Origin: Octopus sinensis
Taxonomy: Eukaryota
Direction of reading: 5' to 3'
Assembly: GCF_006345805.1 (NCBI RefSeq)
Contig: NW_021836051.1
Coordinates: 1-25,624, forward strand
Length of the DNA stretch: 25,624 nucleotides
Positions 24,304 to 25,624 of the stretch are shown one piece after another. The notes beneath the pieces are model-generated. The model had not been told where the DNA came from. It was given only the letters and a program-made list of their open reading frames with translations, and did no database searches. The position numbers and the translations under genes were made by a program. Every line of letters starts with the position of its first letter. Within the stretch, counting starts at the first letter, position 1.

Positions 24304-24361
24304 GGAATGGCTTCTATATATATATACAATATATGTATTATGTATGTATGTTTATATTCAT
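24141..24361. repeat. Long imperfect inverted repeat (foldback) around a (TA)n spacer
   Basis: Perfect non-simple core TAGAAGCCATTCCTATG (24216-24232) / CATAGGAATGGCTTCTA (24300-24316). Outer arms ATGAA..TATAAACATAC.ATACATAATACATATAT also pair. Confidence 0.85.
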
Positions 24362-24379
24362 TTATTTTATGTTGTTTTT

Positions 24380-24585
24380 GTATCTGTGTTTGTCCAGCAT
24401 GATCGCTTGACAACCGATTTTAATGTGTTTACGTCTCCGTAACCTAACGGTTCGGCAAAAGAGTCCGATAGAATAAGTACCAGACTTATAAAGAATAAGT
24501 CGTGAGGTCGATTTCTTCTACTAAAAGACGGTGCTCCAGCATGGTCGTAGTTAAACGAAGAAACAGATAAAAGAATAAAAGAATA
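24380..24585 (+). mobile_element. SINE family A, 3' half only
   Basis: GCTTGACAACCGAT...CGGTTCGGCAAAAGAG...GGTGCTCCAGCATGG...ATAAAAGAATAAAAG matches the 3' half of 12522-12925. Confidence 0.85.
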
Positions 24586-24594
24586 TATAAATAT

Positions 24595-24663
24595 ACTTAT
24601 GTATACATACACCACACACCACACACACACACACACACACATACACACACACATACACACACA

Positions 24664-24739
<76 letters not shown>

Positions 24740-24765
24740 ATATATATATATATATATGAGAGAGA
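24595..24765 (+). repeat. (CA)n-(TA)n-(GA)n block
   Basis: Directly visible. Confidence 0.95.
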
Positions 24766-24770
24766 CAACA

Positions 24771-24860
24771 GCAGGCAGATCTATTTAGTTTAACGCTCGA
24801 GAAAAATGGAAAGGTCTTTGACGTTTCCAGCGTACGCTCTTCGACACAGAGGGAAGAGAG
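24771..24860 (-). mobile_element. Repeat family E copy 2 with a hammerhead-like motif at 24815-24852
   Basis: Reverse complement CTGTGTCGAAGAGCGTACGCTGGAAACGTCAAAGACCTTTCCATTTTTCTCGAGCGTTAAACTAAATAG aligns to 9061-9125. Confidence 0.55.
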
Positions 24861-25047
24861 CGGAGACAATGATGAGAGAGAGGAACAAAAGAACGGATTG
24901 ATAAATGTGTTAGCATTACCGTTTCCACGTGTGGAAAAAGACGAGTGAGATGATAGGCAACATAAAAAGACATTCAGAACATTTACTAGGAGTTACAATA
25001 TTACATTTGGAATACTTTGATTTGGCTCCATATGACTTAAAGTTCTA

Positions 25048-25199
25048 GGAGTGGTAAGTAGCTTGCTTAGTAACCACATGGTTCTAAGTTCAATCCCACT
25101 GCGTGGCACCTTGGACAAGTGTCTTCTACTGTAGCCTCGGGCCGATGAGAGCCTTGTGAATGCATTTGGTAGACGGAAACTGAAAGAAGCCCGTCGTAA

Positions 25200-25237
<38 letters not shown>

Positions 25238-25346
25238 GCGTGTGTGTTCGTGTGTGTTTGTGTGTCTGTGGTTGTCCCACCAACATAGCTTGACAGCTGA
25301 TGCTGGCGTGTTTACGTCCCTGTAACCTAGCGGTTCGGCAAAAGAG
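25048..25346 (+). mobile_element. SINE family A, 3'-truncated
   Basis: GTGGTAAGTAGCTTG...CCTTGGACAAGTGTCTT...GACGGAAACTGAAAGAAGCCCGTCG, internal TA/TG repeat, ends at CGGTTCGGCAAAAGAG. Confidence 0.88.
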
Positions 25347-25624
25347 AATATTTAACACATTCTTGAACTTCTTGCATCTCCGCATTCGTGTAACTAAATC
25401 TCATTGAGATAAGTTTCTTTAAGAAACCTACGAAACTTTAAGTCATGTAGAGACGAAATCAATTATTTTAAATAATAATAATAATAAAAGTTATGATAAT
25501 TATATTATGCACACACACACGCGCATACAGTCGCTCACACACACAAACAAACAAACAAACACATAAAAGTGATAGAAAGAATAAAGTCTATATTGCTACA
25601 GGGAAATTCTCCGACCTTTCGTAT

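Overview
A very AT-rich (roughly 30% GC, estimated by eye), microsatellite-dense eukaryotic window. From memory, its interspersed repeats match those of Octopus/coleoid cephalopod genomes; this was not database-checked. It looks intronic or intergenic. It holds many copies of three tRNA-derived SINE families: family A (CORE-like, with an internal TA/TG microsatellite), family B (with a GTCGACTTTGCCTTTCATCC central domain) and family C (CORE-like). It also holds two non-autonomous TIR DNA elements, two relics of a repeat with a hammerhead-ribozyme-like motif, and large amounts of simple repeat. Nearly all supplied ORFs are microsatellite or SINE artefacts. I could not identify any protein-coding gene; a few exon-like patches are listed at low confidence. 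The most interesting observations are: the hammerhead-like (Penelope-type) motif in two copies; a head-to-tail SINE trimer joined at a GTAT motif that also starts another copy's target-site duplication (TSD); a 52-bp duplication flanking one SINE; a MITE carrying a telomere-like G-quadruplex motif, nested in a SINE head; and a ~220-bp foldback.
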